Positions 62,286 through 64,000 of a stretch of DNA of 64,000 bases are shown piece by piece (position 1 is the stretch's first letter; every line of letters starts with the position of its first letter). The stretch spans positions 3,712,001 to 3,776,000 of the forward strand of contig CBDFJF010000002.1 of NCBI GenBank assembly GCA_965248265.1, given 5' to 3'. The notes beneath the pieces are model-generated. The model was not told where the DNA came from. It made no database searches and worked only from the letters and a program-made list of their open reading frames with translations. The DNA comes from Candidatus Latescibacterota bacterium (GTDB lineage: Bacteria; Latescibacterota; UBA2968; UBA8231). The position numbers and the translations under genes were made by a program.

Positions 62286-63445
62286 TCGGACCCTCCGTCA
62301 GCGTCCCCATCTTCTGACGAACCCTCCTCCGTCGTTTTTCCAGCTGTCCCTGGAAGAGTGCGAATGAAGTCGCCCGATCCCGTCGCTTCGCCGGTATCCA
62401 GGCGCAGACCACCACCTGTCGTGTAGAGATCCCGGTAGGTCGCCGGCAGCAACAGTATGCCCAGCAGGGGCTCGATCTTGGTGATCACATCGTTGACGTC
62501 TCCGATGAAGCTGCGCGGCACGTATACGATATCGTCGTTCCGCAGGGCGATATTCTGTTCGAAGTCGCCGCGTCCGACCAGTCTGGCCAGATCCATTCGG
62601 TACATCTTGGTCACGCCGTCATCCACGCGTATCAGCCGCACGTCATCCCGCAGGGCGTTCGGCGTCAATCCCCCTGCCTGACTGACGGCCTCGAGAATAC
62701 GCGCATTCTCCGGAAACATGTAGACGTTGGGCCGCTCCACCTCGCCCAGTATCACCACCTTCTTGCTGCGCAGATTCGTGCCGCGCACGATGAGGATGTC
62801 ATCGCCCTGGAGAACGACGTTGTGTTCTTTGTTTCCCGTGTTCAGGACCTTTTGGATGTCCAATTCATACGTGCGGCCTCCGCGTATCAGCTGGACCTCG
62901 TTCAGCTGGGCCTCGGGACTGCTACCTCCAGCCACAAGAATCAAATCGAGAACGGTCGTCTTCGTCTTGAGCGAATAGCGTCCCTGACCGGACTGCTTCA
63001 CACCACGATCCAAGGTCTGAACCGCGCCCAGCAAGGAGACGATCTTGCTTTTGTGCTCGAGGACGTCCACGTCGATTTTTGGATTCCGCAGAAAACGACT
63101 CAACTCACGGCTCAGCAGATCGTCCAGTTCCGTTGGTGTCAGACCGGCTGCTTGAACGTTCTCGACCAATCCAAAAGAGACATTGCCGTCTGGACGAACA
63201 GTCACGGTTTCACTGGTCACGTCTATGTCGCGGAGCGTAATCTCCAATTCATCTCCCGGGCCCATGACGTATTCGGGAAAACCGGAGCGCTCTGTATAGG
63301 ATTGTCGTTGCGGATCTTCCGGTGGAGTCTCAAAGAGTCTCGGCACCGTCGGCGGCGGCGCCTGTGCTGTGGTCACCGACGGCAATGACGAGCCACAGGC
63401 ACTGAGGAACAGTCCGATTGCCGCTACAATAGTCGAATGCCACAT
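62282..63445 (-). CDS. Wza-like polysaccharide export lipoprotein with SLBB repeats
   Basis: Lipobox FLSA-C, YVMGPGDEL, VRPDG, GEVERP, DIVYVP. Confidence 0.88.
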   Translation of the reverse strand: MWHSTIVAAIGLFLSACGSSLPSVTTAQAPPPTVPRLFETPPEDPQRQSYTERSGFPEYVMGPGDELEITLRDIDVTSETVTVRPDGNVSFGLVENVQAAGLTPTELDDLLSRELSRFLRNPKIDVDVLEHKSKIVSLLGAVQTLDRGVKQSGQGRYSLKTKTTVLDLILVAGGSSPEAQLNEVQLIRGGRTYELDIQKVLNTGNKEHNVVLQGDDILIVRGTNLRSKKVVILGEVERPNVYMFPENARILEAVSQAGGLTPNALRDDVRLIRVDDGVTKMYRMDLARLVGRGDFEQNIALRNDDIVYVPRSFIGDVNDVITKIEPLLGILLLPATYRDLYTTGGGLRLDTGEATGSGDFIRTLPGTAGKTTEEGSSEDGDADGGSD

Positions 63446-63464
63446 AGGTCTCACGTTGGGTGCA

Positions 63465-64000
63465 TTAACCTGACTTTGCCAGCATGCCCAGCTGCCGAGA
63501 ACCGCGCAGCAGCAGCTGAAGAGCCCGCAGTCCGTAAGCCAAAGGTATGAGTACACGGGGAATGCGGGGGAAAACCTGCATCAGGACGTCCGGTCTGGGA
63601 AACAGAAACTCCCAGAGGAACGACGCCTTGGCCGCCATGCCATCGCAACTGAACGACCAGAGGATTTCACCCCACTCCGATTCGGGCCGGGTGGCTGACA
63701 GACGCCCAAGCAGGAAGCTCTCCGCCAACCCAAGCCTCGGAAGATCAGCCGTTGTCGGCGCTCCAGACACGGGGTGCGACAGGTGGTCCTCGAGGTAATG
63801 AAGGCAATAGTGAATGGACTTCGTCGAGTTGCACTGCAATGCCTTACGCTCGACCGCCTGCCAGTCGGGCCGGGCTTTCATGAGCAGGTGAAAATCGACA
63901 AACCAGGTGAGTCGCCGAAAGCTGTGCCGCAGGGAATGCAGGGCTGTGTAGAGGATCGCCTCTTCCACACCCAATACCAGGGCAGTGAATCCCGGCGCCG
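63465..64000 (-). CDS. Uncharacterised nucleotidyltransferase family protein (NTP_transf_5-like), C-terminal part
   Basis: LHSLRH...LTWFVD...DW motif. The frame is open to the window edge. Confidence 0.55.
   Translation of the reverse strand, partial: APGFTALVLGVEEAILYTALHSLRHSFRRLTWFVDFHLLMKARPDWQAVERKALQCNSTKSIHYCLHYLEDHLSHPVSGAPTTADLPRLGLAESFLLGRLSATRPESEWGEILWSFSCDGMAAKASFLWEFLFPRPDVLMQVFPRIPRVLIPLAYGLRALQLLLRGSRQLGMLAKSG

Overview
High-GC, gene-dense bacterial chromosome segment, almost all coded on the minus strand. A C-terminal PxPNPFN/FlgD-Ig sorting domain suggests an FCB-superphylum lineage such as Latescibacterota; this is inference only. From left to right it holds: a truncated MoxR-type AAA ATPase (absent from the ORF track); an intact-looking IS630 with a -1 frameshift transposase; a catabolic and cofactor block (D-aminoacylase, CoA-transferase III, atypical galactokinase-family kinase, M42 peptidase, Na+/solute symporter, RNase II, panB, D-amino acid dehydrogenase, esterase, PabB-PabC fusion, GT-C, acyl-CoA synthetase); glnB-glnE; a surface-polysaccharide cluster (Wzc, Wzy_C/O-antigen ligase, GT4, PHP, WbqC, PIG-L, 2x DegT, frameshifted WecA); kptA and purE; a dcw cluster lacking mraY, murD, murG, murB and ddl; a MerR-iscA-iscS-moeZ-trmB operon; a secreted matrixin pair; cysK; a Wza-like exporter; and a partial nucleotidyltransferase. 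Best candidates for new biology: (1) a Wzc tyrosine autokinase extended by a third TM helix and two SPOR-like peptidoglycan-binding domains, two genes downstream of ftsZ; (2) a Cys-rich MerR-family regulator heading an iscA-iscS-moeZ sulfur/Fe-S operon in place of IscR; (3) the stripped dcw cluster; (4) tandem 3-nt-loop palindromes with a compensatory change between purE and kptA. All calls come from reading motifs by eye, with no database searches.
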